A stretch of 64,000 bases of DNA from Pseudomonadota bacterium (lineage in GTDB: Bacteria > Pseudomonadota > Gammaproteobacteria > GCA-002705445 > GCA-002716945): positions 440 through 64,439 of the forward strand of contig JAYZYL010000002.1 of NCBI GenBank assembly GCA_036140295.1, given 5' to 3'. Under the pieces are notes generated by a model. It was given only the letters and a program-made list of their open reading frames with translations, was not told the DNA's origin and searched no databases. The position numbers and the translations under genes are program-made. Positions 17,034 through 30,442 of the stretch are shown here, piece by piece (the stretch's first letter is position 1; each line of letters opens with the position of its first letter).

Positions 17034-17840
17034 TTATTCAAGACCCTTCACAATTGATCCATTGAAAGATTTTGGCATCAGTTTAAAAGCATTTTCTGCA
17101 CTCTCAAAATCAGTAAAATCAGTAAATATTGTTCCACCTGTTCCGCTCATCTTCACTTTTCCAAATTGGGACAGCCAATTCTTTGCTCTTGCTATTGTAG
17201 GATATCTTTTCATGACTATACTTTCAAATATATTATTAGTTTTGTCTTGAAGAAAATCATCATGTGTTACCTTATTCCTTTCCTTCTTGATTTTAATCAT
17301 TTTATACAAATCTTTTGTAAATATAGGTTTCTTACTATACATCAAAAGATACCATTTTGATTCAAGTTTTATTTTTTTGAGTTTTTCGCCCCTCCCTTCA
17401 ACCCAAGCATTCTTACCATTTATAAAAAAAGGAACATCGCTTCCAAGTTCAAGACCAATAGCCATAAGATCTTTTTTAGAAGCAGTTAAATCCCAAATTT
17501 TAGATAATGCTATAAGCGTTGTTGCAGCATTTGAACTTCCACCTCCCAGCCCAGATCCGACCGGTATATTTTTAACAAGATTAATCTCCATTCCAAAATT
17601 TTTTATTTGATATGATTCACGTAAAATATCTAGAGACTTTGTCACTAAATTTTCCTCTTTTAAATACTTTATATTTGAGTTAAAAATTATTTTATTATCT
17701 TGCCTCTTATTAAAAGATAAATAATCAAACAAATCCACTAAATGAAATATACTTTGAATATTGTGGTAACCATCATTTCTTTTATCGACAATATTTAGGA
17801 ACAAATTTAATTTGGCTGGGGATTTATAGTGGTGCATCAC
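17034..17840 (-). CDS. ispE: 4-diphosphocytidyl-2-C-methyl-D-erythritol kinase
   Basis: SPAKLNLFLNIV N-terminus and the GHMP kinase motif PVGSGLGGGSSNAA. Confidence 0.85.
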   Translation of the reverse strand: MMHHYKSPAKLNLFLNIVDKRNDGYHNIQSIFHLVDLFDYLSFNKRQDNKIIFNSNIKYLKEENLVTKSLDILRESYQIKNFGMEINLVKNIPVGSGLGGGSSNAATTLIALSKIWDLTASKKDLMAIGLELGSDVPFFINGKNAWVEGRGEKLKKIKLESKWYLLMYSKKPIFTKDLYKMIKIKKERNKVTHDDFLQDKTNNIFESIVMKRYPTIARAKNWLSQFGKVKMSGTGGTIFTDFTDFESAENAFKLMPKSFNGSIVKGLE

Positions 17841-19542
17841 TATGAAGAATAGTTAGATTATTCAGTAAGCTAGAGTTTTCTGGGTTCCTTCTAATTTCTC
17901 TCTCCATTACCTCTCTAGATTTTTTATGCAAACCACTTTTAATTAATATTTCACAGAAGTGCTCAACAATCTCAGGATCTTGGTCTTTATTATATGCAAG
18001 CTCTATATAATAGAGTGCATTTTCTAAATCACCTTTTTTATATAATACCCAACCCATACTATCTAATATAGCTGCGTTGCCGGGATCATATTCTAATGCC
18101 TTTCTAATATATTTTTCTGCTTCATCGTAACGGTCTGTATGGATTACCAAACTATATCCTAATGCATTAAGAGTATTAGTGTTATTGCTATCAATAGAAA
18201 GTATAAGTTTTAAATCTTTTTCCATTAACTCTACATTTTTCATAGACTCATAGGCCATAGCTCTTGCGTAAATGAGTCTTAGGTTTTTTTTATGCTCCGG
18301 TATATGTCGATTAACTAAATTAACTACTTCACCATATCTTTCTGCCTCATTGAACAAATTAATTTCAGCCAAAAGAATATTAACTTTCATTAGATCTGAA
18401 ACATAACGTTTTTTTAAACTTTCTAGGAAAGTTATTGCTTCTGATAGGTTACGTGCCTTCGCAATAGAAGATGATTTTTTTATTTGTGCTGCAAATTTTC
18501 TGTCCCCGCTTGTAACTCTTTCAAAATGCCTTATGGATTCAAGGTAGTTACCTTTATCATAATCAATTGAGCCAAGGAAATAATTTACATCACTAGACAT
18601 AAGATCCATTGATAATAAATATGAAAGATGTTTTTCTGCTAAATCAAAGGCTTTTGAGTTATAACACATGATTCCAATTCGAAAAATAAGATCGACATTT
18701 CCAGAATCTATTTCTAGAACGTCATTGATTAATCTTTCTGCAGAATTCAAATCACCAATTGACAAATAAATTGAAATTAATTCAAACTGAACTTGCCGAT
18801 CTGTGTTTTTCTTTGATTTTAGATAATTATTCAGTACTTCAATCGCTTCATTAGGTTTATTTATAGATGATAAAGATGCTGCTTTATATCTAATTAAAGT
18901 TCTATCATTGTATGTTCCTATCTTTTCTATGTATTCTAAAGCTTTTATATTTTGGTTATAAAAGCGTAATAATTCAATGAAGTTCTCAGTAAGAAGTCTG
19001 TTGTTATGTTTTTCTAAATAATTATCAAAAAATTTGATGACGTTAGAGCGGTTTCTATTCTCAGACAAAATAGTTATTAATCTAGCATAATAGGATTTAT
19101 CATCCTCATTGATTATGTTCATATAGTTCTGAAATATTAATTCTGCTTTTTGAAAATCTCCTTCTTCTAAGGATGCACTAATTCCAATGTTGTGAGCTTG
19201 TAAATCACCTGGCTCTAACTCTAACCATCTACTAATAATAATTCCAGTGTTTTGAAATTTATTGAGCTGCATACTAATCCTAGCCATTTTTTTAAATAAT
19301 TTTGTATCAGTCATAAGGTCAATATCTCTCATAAATAGTTTTAAAGCTTCTTTATATTTAGATTTTTCGAGAGCAAAATTTATGTAAATTATATTATAAA
19401 TCTGTATATATTTGCTTTCTGAACCATAGTATCTTGGAGCTTCAGTTCCTTTAACTGTAGATTTAGTAGTATTTGGGCCTTGGTTACAGGACATCAAAAA
19501 TAATGATAGTATTATTATTAAAATTTTAGAAATTCTTGCCAT
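17824..19542 (-). CDS. TPR-repeat lipoprotein
   Basis: Lipobox LSLFLMSC and many TPR-like repeats. Occupies the position of the TPR gene found upstream of lolB-ispE in pseudomonads. Confidence 0.7.
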   Translation of the reverse strand: MARISKILIIILSLFLMSCNQGPNTTKSTVKGTEAPRYYGSESKYIQIYNIIYINFALEKSKYKEALKLFMRDIDLMTDTKLFKKMARISMQLNKFQNTGIIISRWLELEPGDLQAHNIGISASLEEGDFQKAELIFQNYMNIINEDDKSYYARLITILSENRNRSNVIKFFDNYLEKHNNRLLTENFIELLRFYNQNIKALEYIEKIGTYNDRTLIRYKAASLSSINKPNEAIEVLNNYLKSKKNTDRQVQFELISIYLSIGDLNSAERLINDVLEIDSGNVDLIFRIGIMCYNSKAFDLAEKHLSYLLSMDLMSSDVNYFLGSIDYDKGNYLESIRHFERVTSGDRKFAAQIKKSSSIAKARNLSEAITFLESLKKRYVSDLMKVNILLAEINLFNEAERYGEVVNLVNRHIPEHKKNLRLIYARAMAYESMKNVELMEKDLKLILSIDSNNTNTLNALGYSLVIHTDRYDEAEKYIRKALEYDPGNAAILDSMGWVLYKKGDLENALYYIELAYNKDQDPEIVEHFCEILIKSGLHKKSREVMEREIRRNPENSSLLNNLTILHSDAPL

Positions 19543-19603
19543 AGTAGTATAATATCACATATTACAAACATCGGAGATTGTATTATTTTCATACAGAAAG
19601 ATT

Positions 19604-20851
19604 ATGTCAATTAATGTATTAGGCCTCAATCATAAAACGGCTCCTATAGATATAAGAGAAAAAGTTGTATTTAATAGGGAAGAAATTTCCTTAACTTTGG
19701 GCAAACTTAAAAAAATTAAAGGGGTAAATGAAGTTGTTGTTCTTTCAACTTGCAATAGAACGGAAATCTATACAGAAAATGATTCTGATAATGAGCAAGT
19801 TATACATTGGTTAAATAATAACCAAATTGGTGTCAAAGATTATTTGCCCTACACTTATACTTATTCGCAAAATGATGCGGTAAAACATTTATTCCGTGTA
19901 GCATCCGGCATGGATTCAATGGTAATTGGTGAAACAGAAATACTTGGTCAAGTAAAAGACGCCTATAAATTAGCTAATGAGAATAAATCAATAAATTCAT
20001 CCCTAAAGAGGTTGTTTGAATTTGCTTTCTCTGTAGCTAAAGAAGTTCGCACAAATACTGAAATAGGTTCTAACCCTGTTACATTTATGTTTACATCTAT
20101 AACTTTAATTAAAAAGATTTTTACTTCAGTGGAAGATCAAAAGGCATTACTGGTTGGTTCAGGAGAAATGATAAATCTTGCTATAAAATATTTTCAATCT
20201 AATAAAATAAATCAAATAACATTAACTAGTAGAAATATTGAAAAAGGAAAAGAAGTGGCTGATGAGAATAATTGTAAATTTAGTCGCTTACAGGATGTAG
20301 GAAACATAATTTCTGATTATGATATAATTATTACTTCTACTGCAAGCTCTCTACCTATAATTGGGAAAGGAATGATTGAGAGTTCATTAAAAAAAAGAAC
20401 AAACCAACCTATAGTAATAATAGATCTTGGGGTGCCTAGGGATGTAGAATCTGAAATCAAAGAAATTGATGGAGTTTATCTCTATACCATAGATGATTTG
20501 GGAAAAGTAATAGAAAATAATTATAAAATTAGACAACAAGCTTTTACTCAAGCAGAAAAAATTATTAATTATAAGATAATTGAATTTAAGCATTGGTTAG
20601 CAAATAAGAAATCAGATGAATTTGTTAAAACCTATCGTGAATATGTGGATGATATTACCGATGGCGCTATTATCAAAACAAAAAATATGATTAGTGATGG
20701 TAGAAATGTAGATGAAGCTTTACTATATCTTGCAAATTCTCTGAAAAATAAATTAACTCATGAAACAACATCCAAATTAAAAGAAATTTTTCCTCTGTTG
20801 GATGAATCAGCAAGTCTGCGAATTAAAGAAATTTTAAAAAAAGATAAATGA
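19604..20851 (+). CDS. hemA: Glutamyl-tRNA reductase
   Basis: [23 protein letters not shown] and [10 protein letters not shown]. Confidence 0.9.
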   Translation: MSINVLGLNHKTAPIDIREKVVFNREEISLTLGKLKKIKGVNEVVVLSTCNRTEIYTENDSDNEQVIHWLNNNQIGVKDYLPYTYTYSQNDAVKHLFRVASGMDSMVIGETEILGQVKDAYKLANENKSINSSLKRLFEFAFSVAKEVRTNTEIGSNPVTFMFTSITLIKKIFTSVEDQKALLVGSGEMINLAIKYFQSNKINQITLTSRNIEKGKEVADENNCKFSRLQDVGNIISDYDIIITSTASSLPIIGKGMIESSLKKRTNQPIVIIDLGVPRDVESEIKEIDGVYLYTIDDLGKVIENNYKIRQQAFTQAEKIINYKIIEFKHWLANKKSDEFVKTYREYVDDITDGAIIKTKNMISDGRNVDEALLYLANSLKNKLTHETTSKLKEIFPLLDESASLRIKEILKKDK

Positions 20852-21960
20852 CTCCAAAATCACTGAAGGACTTAAAGAATCTAGTCCCCAAACTTGCAGG
20901 TAATCCAAAACTAATTGATAAACTAGATGAGATACGTATTCGTTATGCTGAAATCACTGAAGAACTTGAAAAGCCAAATATCTATAAAGACCGTAAATTA
21001 TCAAATAAACTTCACAAAGAGCAGTCAAGACTTGAAAAAACTGTAAATCATTTTCAAAACTATCGAGACTTACTAGAAAACATTGAAGGAACTTCTAAAT
21101 TAATTGATGAAGAAGAGGATAAAGATCTTTCGGATATGGCAGAAGAGGAACTTGTACATCTGACTAATAAAAAAGAAGAGTTAGAAAATACTCTACGAGA
21201 AATGCTAATTGAAGAAGATCCAAATGATTCCAAAGATGTTTTCCTTGAAATTAGAGCTGGTACAGGGGGAGATGAAGCTGCAATTTTTGCTGGAAATTTA
21301 TTTAAGATGTACTGTAAATTCTTTGAAAAAAATAACTGGAAAATGGAATTAATGAATGTAAATGAAAGTGATCATGGAGGATATAAAGAAATAATACTAA
21401 AGGTAACCGGCAATGAGGTTTATTCTAAACTTAAGTTTGAGTCTGGTACACATAGGGTCCAAAGAGTACCTGAAACTGAGACTCAAGGAAGAGTTCATAC
21501 ATCAGCTGCTACTGTTGCCATACTTCCTATTGTAGATGAAATTGATCAAGTTGAAATTAATCCTGCCGAACTTAGAATTGACACTTATCGAGCATCTGGA
21601 GCTGGAGGTCAACATGTCAATAAAACTGATTCTGCTGTAAGAATCACACACATCCCAACAGGCACGGTATCAGAATGCCAAGAAGATAGATCTCAACATA
21701 AAAATAGAGCTAAGGCAATGTCTCTTTTATATTCAAAACTTTTAATTCATGAACAAGAAAAACAAAAAAAGAACACTGATCAAGAAAGGAAAAGCTTGGT
21801 TGGTAGTGGAGATAGATCTGAGAGAATTAGAACGTACAATTATCCTCAGGGCAGAATTACAGATCATAGAATTAATTTAACTTTATATAAACTTGAAAGT
21901 ATTTTAGAAGGGGATATAGAACCATTAATTGATGAACTAAAAAAAGTAGAGTCTAAATAA
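20848..21960 (+). CDS. prfA: Peptide chain release factor 1
   Basis: PET tripeptide ([13 protein letters not shown]) and the GGQ motif [11 protein letters not shown]. 4-nt overlap with hemA. Confidence 0.95.
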   Translation: MTPKSLKDLKNLVPKLAGNPKLIDKLDEIRIRYAEITEELEKPNIYKDRKLSNKLHKEQSRLEKTVNHFQNYRDLLENIEGTSKLIDEEEDKDLSDMAEEELVHLTNKKEELENTLREMLIEEDPNDSKDVFLEIRAGTGGDEAAIFAGNLFKMYCKFFEKNNWKMELMNVNESDHGGYKEIILKVTGNEVYSKLKFESGTHRVQRVPETETQGRVHTSAATVAILPIVDEIDQVEINPAELRIDTYRASGAGGQHVNKTDSAVRITHIPTGTVSECQEDRSQHKNRAKAMSLLYSKLLIHEQEKQKKNTDQERKSLVGSGDRSERIRTYNYPQGRITDHRINLTLYKLESILEGDIEPLIDELKKVESK

Positions 21961-21965
21961 ACCAT

Positions 21966-22832
21966 ATGCCAATTACTATAAAAAAAGCCTTAAGTGATTC
22001 TAAAATATTTCTAAAACAAGAACTACCTCACTCTATTCCACAAAATAATTTAGACGCCGAATATTGTTTGATGGAAGTTTTAAAAAAAAGTAGAGTTTTC
22101 TTACATTTATCAAGTGAAACAGAAATTAGTGATCTTGAGTTTAATCAATATAATGAGATGCTTAAACAAAGAAGTTTAGGGCGTCCTTTAGCACAAATTT
22201 TAGGCTTCCAAAGCTTTTTCAAAAATAAATTTTTGGTAGATAAAAATGTTCTTGTCCCAAGACCAGAAACTGAAACTCTAGTACCAGAAATAATAAAAAA
22301 AGGAGATGAAATATATAAGAGAAATGGAACTGTAACTATAATAGATGCTGGAGCTGGAACTGGATGCATTGGGATATCATTAGCGATTGAAAGAAAAAAT
22401 TGGAATATATTTCTAATTGAAAATTCATTAAAAGCACTTAATATTTTGACCTTAAACTGTAAAAGTTTTGGTTTGAAGAATTGTAAGATTATTTATTCAG
22501 ACTGGCTATCTTCAATTAGAAATGATACTGCAGATATTCTAGTATCAAACCCACCATATATTGATAAATTAGATAATAATATCGATGAAAATGTTAGACG
22601 CTTTGAGCCAGGATCTTCTCTTTTTGCAAATGATAACGGGTTGTCTGAAATAAAGAAAATAATTATTGAGTCAAGAAGAGTAATAAAAAAAACAGGCTTG
22701 TTGTTTCTTGAAAATGGCTATAATCAGTCCGAAAACATAACCCTAATGCTCAAAAAAAACTATTATAAAGACATAAAAACTATATTGGATTATAATGGAA
22801 TAGATAGATTCACAATGTCTCAAAATTCTTAG
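21966..22832 (+). CDS. prmC: Release-factor glutamine N5-methyltransferase
   Basis: VLVPRPETE, DAGAGTGCIG and NPPY. Confidence 0.85.
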   Translation: MPITIKKALSDSKIFLKQELPHSIPQNNLDAEYCLMEVLKKSRVFLHLSSETEISDLEFNQYNEMLKQRSLGRPLAQILGFQSFFKNKFLVDKNVLVPRPETETLVPEIIKKGDEIYKRNGTVTIIDAGAGTGCIGISLAIERKNWNIFLIENSLKALNILTLNCKSFGLKNCKIIYSDWLSSIRNDTADILVSNPPYIDKLDNNIDENVRRFEPGSSLFANDNGLSEIKKIIIESRRVIKKTGLLFLENGYNQSENITLMLKKNYYKDIKTILDYNGIDRFTMSQNS

Positions 22833-22834
22833 AA

Positions 22835-23116
22835 ATGGATAAAAGTACAATTATTAAGATAGCTGATTTGGCAAAAATCGAAATTAGTGATGATGAATTA
22901 GATGAAATAACATCTAGCTTGGGCAAGATATTAAGTCTTGTTAATGAAATGAAATCTGTTTCTACAGAGGATATTGTCCCTATGGCTCACCCCCTTAATC
23001 TTAATCAAAGATTGAGAAAAGATGTGGTATTAGAAAAAAATGAAAGGGACGAGATACAAAAAAATAATAAATTTGTTCATAAAGGATATTATAAAGTACC
23101 TAAAATAATCGAATAA
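22835..23116 (+). CDS. gatC: Glu/Asp-tRNA amidotransferase subunit C
   Basis: 93 aa with the IAxLAKIEIS pattern, immediately upstream of gatA. Confidence 0.85.
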   Translation: MDKSTIIKIADLAKIEISDDELDEITSSLGKILSLVNEMKSVSTEDIVPMAHPLNLNQRLRKDVVLEKNERDEIQKNNKFVHKGYYKVPKIIE

Positions 23117-23117
23117 A

Positions 23118-24572
23118 ATGCATAATAAAACAATAATTGAACTGCAAAAAGATTTAGCTGAAAAAAATATTAGTGCTGTTGAGCTTGCAAAACACTTTAT
23201 TGATAGAATAAAAAAGATTGATTCAGGATTGAATTCATTTATAACACTTACTGAAGAGTATGCAATTAATCAGGCAAAAAAAATTGATTCAGAATTAGCG
23301 AAGAAACAGTTTCGTCCTCTTTCTGGTATTCCTGTAGCTCAAAAAGACATTTTTTGTATGAAAAATATAAGGACAACTTGTGGCTCTAAAATGCTTGAGA
23401 ATTTTGTAAGCCCTTACGACGCTACTGTTATAGAAAAACTTAATGATGCCGGAATGATTGTTTTGGGTAAAACCAACATGGACGAATTTGCAATGGGTTC
23501 ATCTAATGAAACAAGTTTCTTTGGGAATGTTAAAAATCCATGGAATCATGATTGTGTTCCAGGAGGCTCTTCCGGAGGTTCAGCAGCTAGTGTTTCAGCT
23601 GCACTGGCTCCATGCTCCACAGGGACAGATACAGGTGGATCAATTAGACAACCAGCTTCTCTATGTGGTGTATGCGGAATAAAACCAACATATGGACGCG
23701 TATCAAGGTATGGTATGATTGCGTTTGCTTCGAGTTTAGACCAAGCAGGAGTTTTTGCAAAAACAGCAGAAGACTGTTCAATTCTTTTAAATCAGATATC
23801 TGGGCATGACCCTAGAGACTCAACATCTTCAGAAGTTGATGTACCAAACTATCATGCAGAATGTATTAAAAAATTTGAACCAATTAAAATTGGTATTCCA
23901 AATGAATTCCTAGATGGCTTAGATGAAACTGTAAAATCTGTTTTTTTTGAAGCTATTAAATTGATGGAAAAAAATAATTGTTCAGTTAAAAAAATAAGTT
24001 TGAAAAATTCTAAACTAGGAGTCTCCGCTTACCAGGTTGTTGCTCCAGCAGAATGTTCTTCAAATTTGTCTCGCTATGATGGGGTGAGGTTTGGTTACAG
24101 GGCTAGTGATGTTTCTAATATTGATCAATTATATAAAAAATCAAGGTCTCAAGGGTTTGGGAAAGAAGTAAAAAGAAGAATCTTGATAGGAACATATGCT
24201 CTATCAGCAGGTTATTATGATGCTTATTACTTAAAGGCTCAAAAAATTAGACAATTAATATCAAGTGAATTCACAGAAGCATTTAAAAAGGTTGATTTAA
24301 TATTGGGTCCAACAACTCCAGATTCTGCATTTAAGATTGGAGAAAAAGCTAATGATCCAATTGCAATGTATCTATCTGATGTATTTACAGTAAGTGCAAA
24401 TTTGGCAGGATTACCGGCAATGTCAATTCCTATGGGTTTTAAAAACAATCTACCATTAGGCCTGCAAATAATTGGAAATCATTTTGACGAGTCAAAAATT
24501 TTATCTTTAGCGCACCATTTTCAACAAATGATAGACTGGCATAACTATAAACCAAAAATCGGAGAAGATTAA
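23118..24572 (+). CDS. gatA: Glu/Asp-tRNA amidotransferase subunit A
   Basis: Amidase signature [11 protein letters not shown]...[12 protein letters not shown]. Confidence 0.95.
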   Translation: MHNKTIIELQKDLAEKNISAVELAKHFIDRIKKIDSGLNSFITLTEEYAINQAKKIDSELAKKQFRPLSGIPVAQKDIFCMKNIRTTCGSKMLENFVSPYDATVIEKLNDAGMIVLGKTNMDEFAMGSSNETSFFGNVKNPWNHDCVPGGSSGGSAASVSAALAPCSTGTDTGGSIRQPASLCGVCGIKPTYGRVSRYGMIAFASSLDQAGVFAKTAEDCSILLNQISGHDPRDSTSSEVDVPNYHAECIKKFEPIKIGIPNEFLDGLDETVKSVFFEAIKLMEKNNCSVKKISLKNSKLGVSAYQVVAPAECSSNLSRYDGVRFGYRASDVSNIDQLYKKSRSQGFGKEVKRRILIGTYALSAGYYDAYYLKAQKIRQLISSEFTEAFKKVDLILGPTTPDSAFKIGEKANDPIAMYLSDVFTVSANLAGLPAMSIPMGFKNNLPLGLQIIGNHFDESKILSLAHHFQQMIDWHNYKPKIGED

Positions 24573-24575
24573 TTT

Positions 24576-27058
<2,483 letters not shown>

Positions 27059-27060
27059 GA

Positions 27061-27903
27061 ATGGAAACTGTCTTTAAAAAATCTTTTAAAGTTTTCTATA
27101 CTTTTATAGCTTTAGTTATTTTATCAATATTAACAATTACTGCTGATTACAAATATAACCAGTTAGATAATTTGAGGTCTCTGATAAATGATACTGTAAT
27201 TTTTCCAATAGATTACCTTAGTACCATGCCAAAAAAAATATTTGAAATTTCAATCCAAGATACAGAAGTAATATCTGAATTAGAAAATAAAGTTATAATT
27301 TTAGAAAAAGAAAACTTAAAATTAAAGGTTCAACTACAAGAATATCAGGCTATAAAGGATGAGAACCTTAGATTACGAAAAATCTCAGAGGAATCATCTA
27401 AAATATCAAATAGACAAACTTTGGCAAAAGTAATAAACAATAATGCTCATCCTAGTAAAAAAATTATTTCTATAGATAAAGGAAAGAAGGATGGTATTTT
27501 CATTGGTCAAAATGTTCTAGGATTAAAAGGTCTTGTTGGGCAAATAATAGAATCTAGTTATTTGTCTTCAAAAGTACTCTTAATTAGCGATTTAAATTCC
27601 AATATTCCTGCTCAAGTAACAAGGACAGGTGAAAAAATTATAGTGAAGGGTAGAGATGAAAATGATAAATTAGATGTTTTGTTTGCTCAAATTAGTATGG
27701 ATATTAAAGTAGGAGATATTGTTTCAACATCTGGCATGGCTGATAGATTTAAAGCAAATATTCCAATAGGACAAATATCATTCATTGATAATAATAAAGA
27801 AAGAAAATTTGCGACTGTTCATGTAGTTCCTCATGAAAATATAGGTAGTTCCTCAGAATTAATATTAATTTGGGACTATAAACCAAAAGAACCTAATGAA
27901 TAA
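27061..27903 (+). CDS. mreC: Rod-shape-determining protein MreC
   Basis: N-terminal anchor, coiled coil (LEKENLKLKVQLQE) and beta-rich C-terminal domain. mreBCD order. Confidence 0.85.
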   Translation: METVFKKSFKVFYTFIALVILSILTITADYKYNQLDNLRSLINDTVIFPIDYLSTMPKKIFEISIQDTEVISELENKVIILEKENLKLKVQLQEYQAIKDENLRLRKISEESSKISNRQTLAKVINNNAHPSKKIISIDKGKKDGIFIGQNVLGLKGLVGQIIESSYLSSKVLLISDLNSNIPAQVTRTGEKIIVKGRDENDKLDVLFAQISMDIKVGDIVSTSGMADRFKANIPIGQISFIDNNKERKFATVHVVPHENIGSSSELILIWDYKPKEPNE

Positions 27904-28366
27904 TTTTCTAGTTATCTTTCTGTCACTAATCTTGTCACTTGCCTTGACAATTATAACATTTGCACTTGGTGAATTTTCTCCTGATTGGCTTTATCTAACA
28001 GTTATTTACTGGATTCTTGCTGTCCCAAATAGCATTGGGTTAATCACAGCGTGGTTTATAGGCTTGCTTACAGATGTTACTTTTGGCTCAATTCTAGGCT
28101 CAAATGCATTAACCTTTGTAATAATTTCATTCATAATTATAAAAACCTATAAATTTATTAGATATCTAACCGTATATCAACAGTCATTAATTATATTTAT
28201 ACTACTATTCATCAAACAAACTATTTTAATGTGGATTGATGGAGCAGTAGGAATAGAAATACCTAGTTTCTCAACCTATTATTGGTCAGTATTGACAAGC
28301 GCGATAGCATGGCCTCTTGTATTTTTTACGCTTAGGTATGTCAGAAGAAAATATAATGTTGCTTGA
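27896..28366 (+). CDS. mreD: Rod-shape-determining protein MreD
   Basis: 156-aa polytopic membrane protein downstream of, and overlapping, mreC. Confidence 0.7.
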   Translation: MNNFLVIFLSLILSLALTIITFALGEFSPDWLYLTVIYWILAVPNSIGLITAWFIGLLTDVTFGSILGSNALTFVIISFIIIKTYKFIRYLTVYQQSLIIFILLFIKQTILMWIDGAVGIEIPSFSTYYWSVLTSAIAWPLVFFTLRYVRRKYNVA

Positions 28367-29064
28367 TGCAAATTATTTATGACAAAAAAAATAAAGAATT
28401 TGCTGACTACTTTCAGCATATTCTAAATTCTGATCTAAATTATAATAAGATTAAAAATTTAGCTATAAAAATAAAAAACAATAAAGTTGAATTAATTAAC
28501 TATAATTATAAAAAAGAAGTTTCTATCTCAGTAGATTTTTTCAATGAAGATAATAAAAATAATATTAGTTTAAAAAAGATTTTTAAAAATGAAGGTTCCA
28601 GTATTTTAGATTGTACCGCAGGTTTTGGAAGGGATGGGTTTATTTTAGCTTCTCTTGGTTTTAATGTAACAATGATTGAAAGAAATCCAATCATCACTTT
28701 GTTATTGCGAAATGGAATTAAACGATCTATCTCACAAGTTAAAAATAACTTATGCCTTCTTTATGGAGATTCATATGAGTATTTGAAAACATATAATGAT
28801 TTTTTTGATTATATATATATAGACTTTATGTTTAAAAAAATTAAAAATACATCTCTTTCGTCAAAATATGATGAAGTTTTAAAAATCTTAGCAAATGATA
28901 AAAAAAATAGAATACGGTTACTAGAAATTGCAAAAGAGAAGTGTAAGAATAAAGTTATTGTTAAGGGTTCAAAAAACCTCAACTCAATAACTGGAGTTGA
29001 TCCTGATTATTCTGTTAAAACAAACTTGGTAAGGTATGATATATTTTTAAGTAAAATAAATTAA
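28363..29064 (+). CDS. rsmJ: 16S rRNA (guanine1516-N2)-methyltransferase RsmJ-like
   Basis: DCTAGFGRDGFILASLGFNVTMIERNP matches the RsmJ (YhiQ) signature as recalled. Confidence 0.7.
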   Translation: MMQIIYDKKNKEFADYFQHILNSDLNYNKIKNLAIKIKNNKVELINYNYKKEVSISVDFFNEDNKNNISLKKIFKNEGSSILDCTAGFGRDGFILASLGFNVTMIERNPIITLLLRNGIKRSISQVKNNLCLLYGDSYEYLKTYNDFFDYIYIDFMFKKIKNTSLSSKYDEVLKILANDKKNRIRLLEIAKEKCKNKVIVKGSKNLNSITGVDPDYSVKTNLVRYDIFLSKIN

Positions 29065-29079
29065 CTATGGGTAATACGA

Positions 29080-29313
29080 ATGCATGAAATAATAAAAAAA
29101 ATATTAAGTGATTCATTTAATATATACAAAATTGAAGTTGGAGGAACAGATGCCAAATATGATGTAACAATTATTACTGATGATTTTGCGGGTAAGAATA
29201 CTATTGAAAGACATAAAATGGTTTATGCCCTACTTAATAAGTTTATTGAGACAGGAGAAATACATGCTTTAACAATAAGGTCACTAACTAAAGATGAGGA
29301 TGAAGAATCATAA
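29080..29313 (+). CDS. BolA/IbaG-family protein
   Basis: 77 aa with the RHKMVYALL....IHAL pattern. Confidence 0.7.
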   Translation: MHEIIKKILSDSFNIYKIEVGGTDAKYDVTIITDDFAGKNTIERHKMVYALLNKFIETGEIHALTIRSLTKDEDEES

Positions 29314-30379
29314 ACTAAAAATTTATGCAGACAGAAAAATTATTCATATTGATATGGACTGTTTCTTTGCAGCAGTTGAAATAAGAGAAAAACCAGAATT
29401 AAAATATTTGCCAGTTGCTGTTGCTGGTAGTGAAAAAAAACGTGGTGTTGTGACTACCTGTAATTATGTAGCTAGAGAATATGGGGTTAAATCAGCCATG
29501 CCATCAGTTACAGCAAAACAGTTATGTCCTAATATCATATTTCTTCCTGTAAATTTTGCAAAATACAAAAAAGTTTCTAGCGATATTAAAGAAATTTATA
29601 AATGTTATACAAAGATAATTGAGCCAATTGCTCTTGATGAAGCATATCTTGATGTTACAAATTCAAGATATTGCGATGGTGATCCTGAAAATATGGCACG
29701 TCAAATACGACAAAAGATTTTTGATGATTTCAAGCTGACAGCTTCTGCAGGAATTTCTTCTAATAAGTTTTTGGCTAAGATTGCAAGTGATTGGAATAAA
29801 CCAAATGGTCAATTTTCCATCAGAGATGATGAGATTAAAGATTTTATCCCAAAAGTTCCAATTAGGAAAATTTTTGGTATCGGAGAAAAAAATGAGAAAA
29901 AATTATTATCACACAACATTAAAGATTGTTCTGATTTACAAAAATTAAACAAGTCTATATTAATAGATATGTTTGGAAAATATGGAATAACTCTATTTAA
30001 TTTGTGTAGAGGTATAGATGATAGAGAAGTTGAATCTAATAGAATTAGCAAGAGTCTCAGCGTGGAAGATACATTTGCTGTAGATCTGCTGTCACTAAAT
30101 GAATGTACTAAAGAAATGAAGTTAATTTTCCAAAAGCTTATTACCCGCCTAGAAACATCAAAAGACAGGGAAAGGCCTATTAAATCATGTTTTATAAAAA
30201 TTAAATATAGTGACTTTAAGATTACAAGCTCTCAAACTGCATGTAGTGACTTAAATTTTGATATTATTTCTAATCTTTTAGTAAAATCATATCAAGAAAA
30301 ACCAAGCCCTATAAGACTTTTGGGTGTTGGTGTACGATTTTCAGATTTTGAAGATAATCAACTTGATTTAAAAATTTGA
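29294..30379 (+). CDS. dinB: DNA polymerase IV
   Basis: IIHIDMDCFFAAVE, SLDEAYLDVT-like ALDEAYLDVT, and SAGISSNKFLAKIASD. Confidence 0.9.
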   Translation: MRMKNHKLKIYADRKIIHIDMDCFFAAVEIREKPELKYLPVAVAGSEKKRGVVTTCNYVAREYGVKSAMPSVTAKQLCPNIIFLPVNFAKYKKVSSDIKEIYKCYTKIIEPIALDEAYLDVTNSRYCDGDPENMARQIRQKIFDDFKLTASAGISSNKFLAKIASDWNKPNGQFSIRDDEIKDFIPKVPIRKIFGIGEKNEKKLLSHNIKDCSDLQKLNKSILIDMFGKYGITLFNLCRGIDDREVESNRISKSLSVEDTFAVDLLSLNECTKEMKLIFQKLITRLETSKDRERPIKSCFIKIKYSDFKITSSQTACSDLNFDIISNLLVKSYQEKPSPIRLLGVGVRFSDFEDNQLDLKI

Positions 30380-30442
30380 ATGAGCTAATAAATCCTTTTT
30401 ATTACTAGCATTTATGTCAAATATTTTTTATGATGTTAGTTT

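Noticed and set aside
16993-17250. An 85-aa plus-strand ORF.
   Set aside because: It overlaps tRNA-Gln and is antisense to ispE, so it is spurious.
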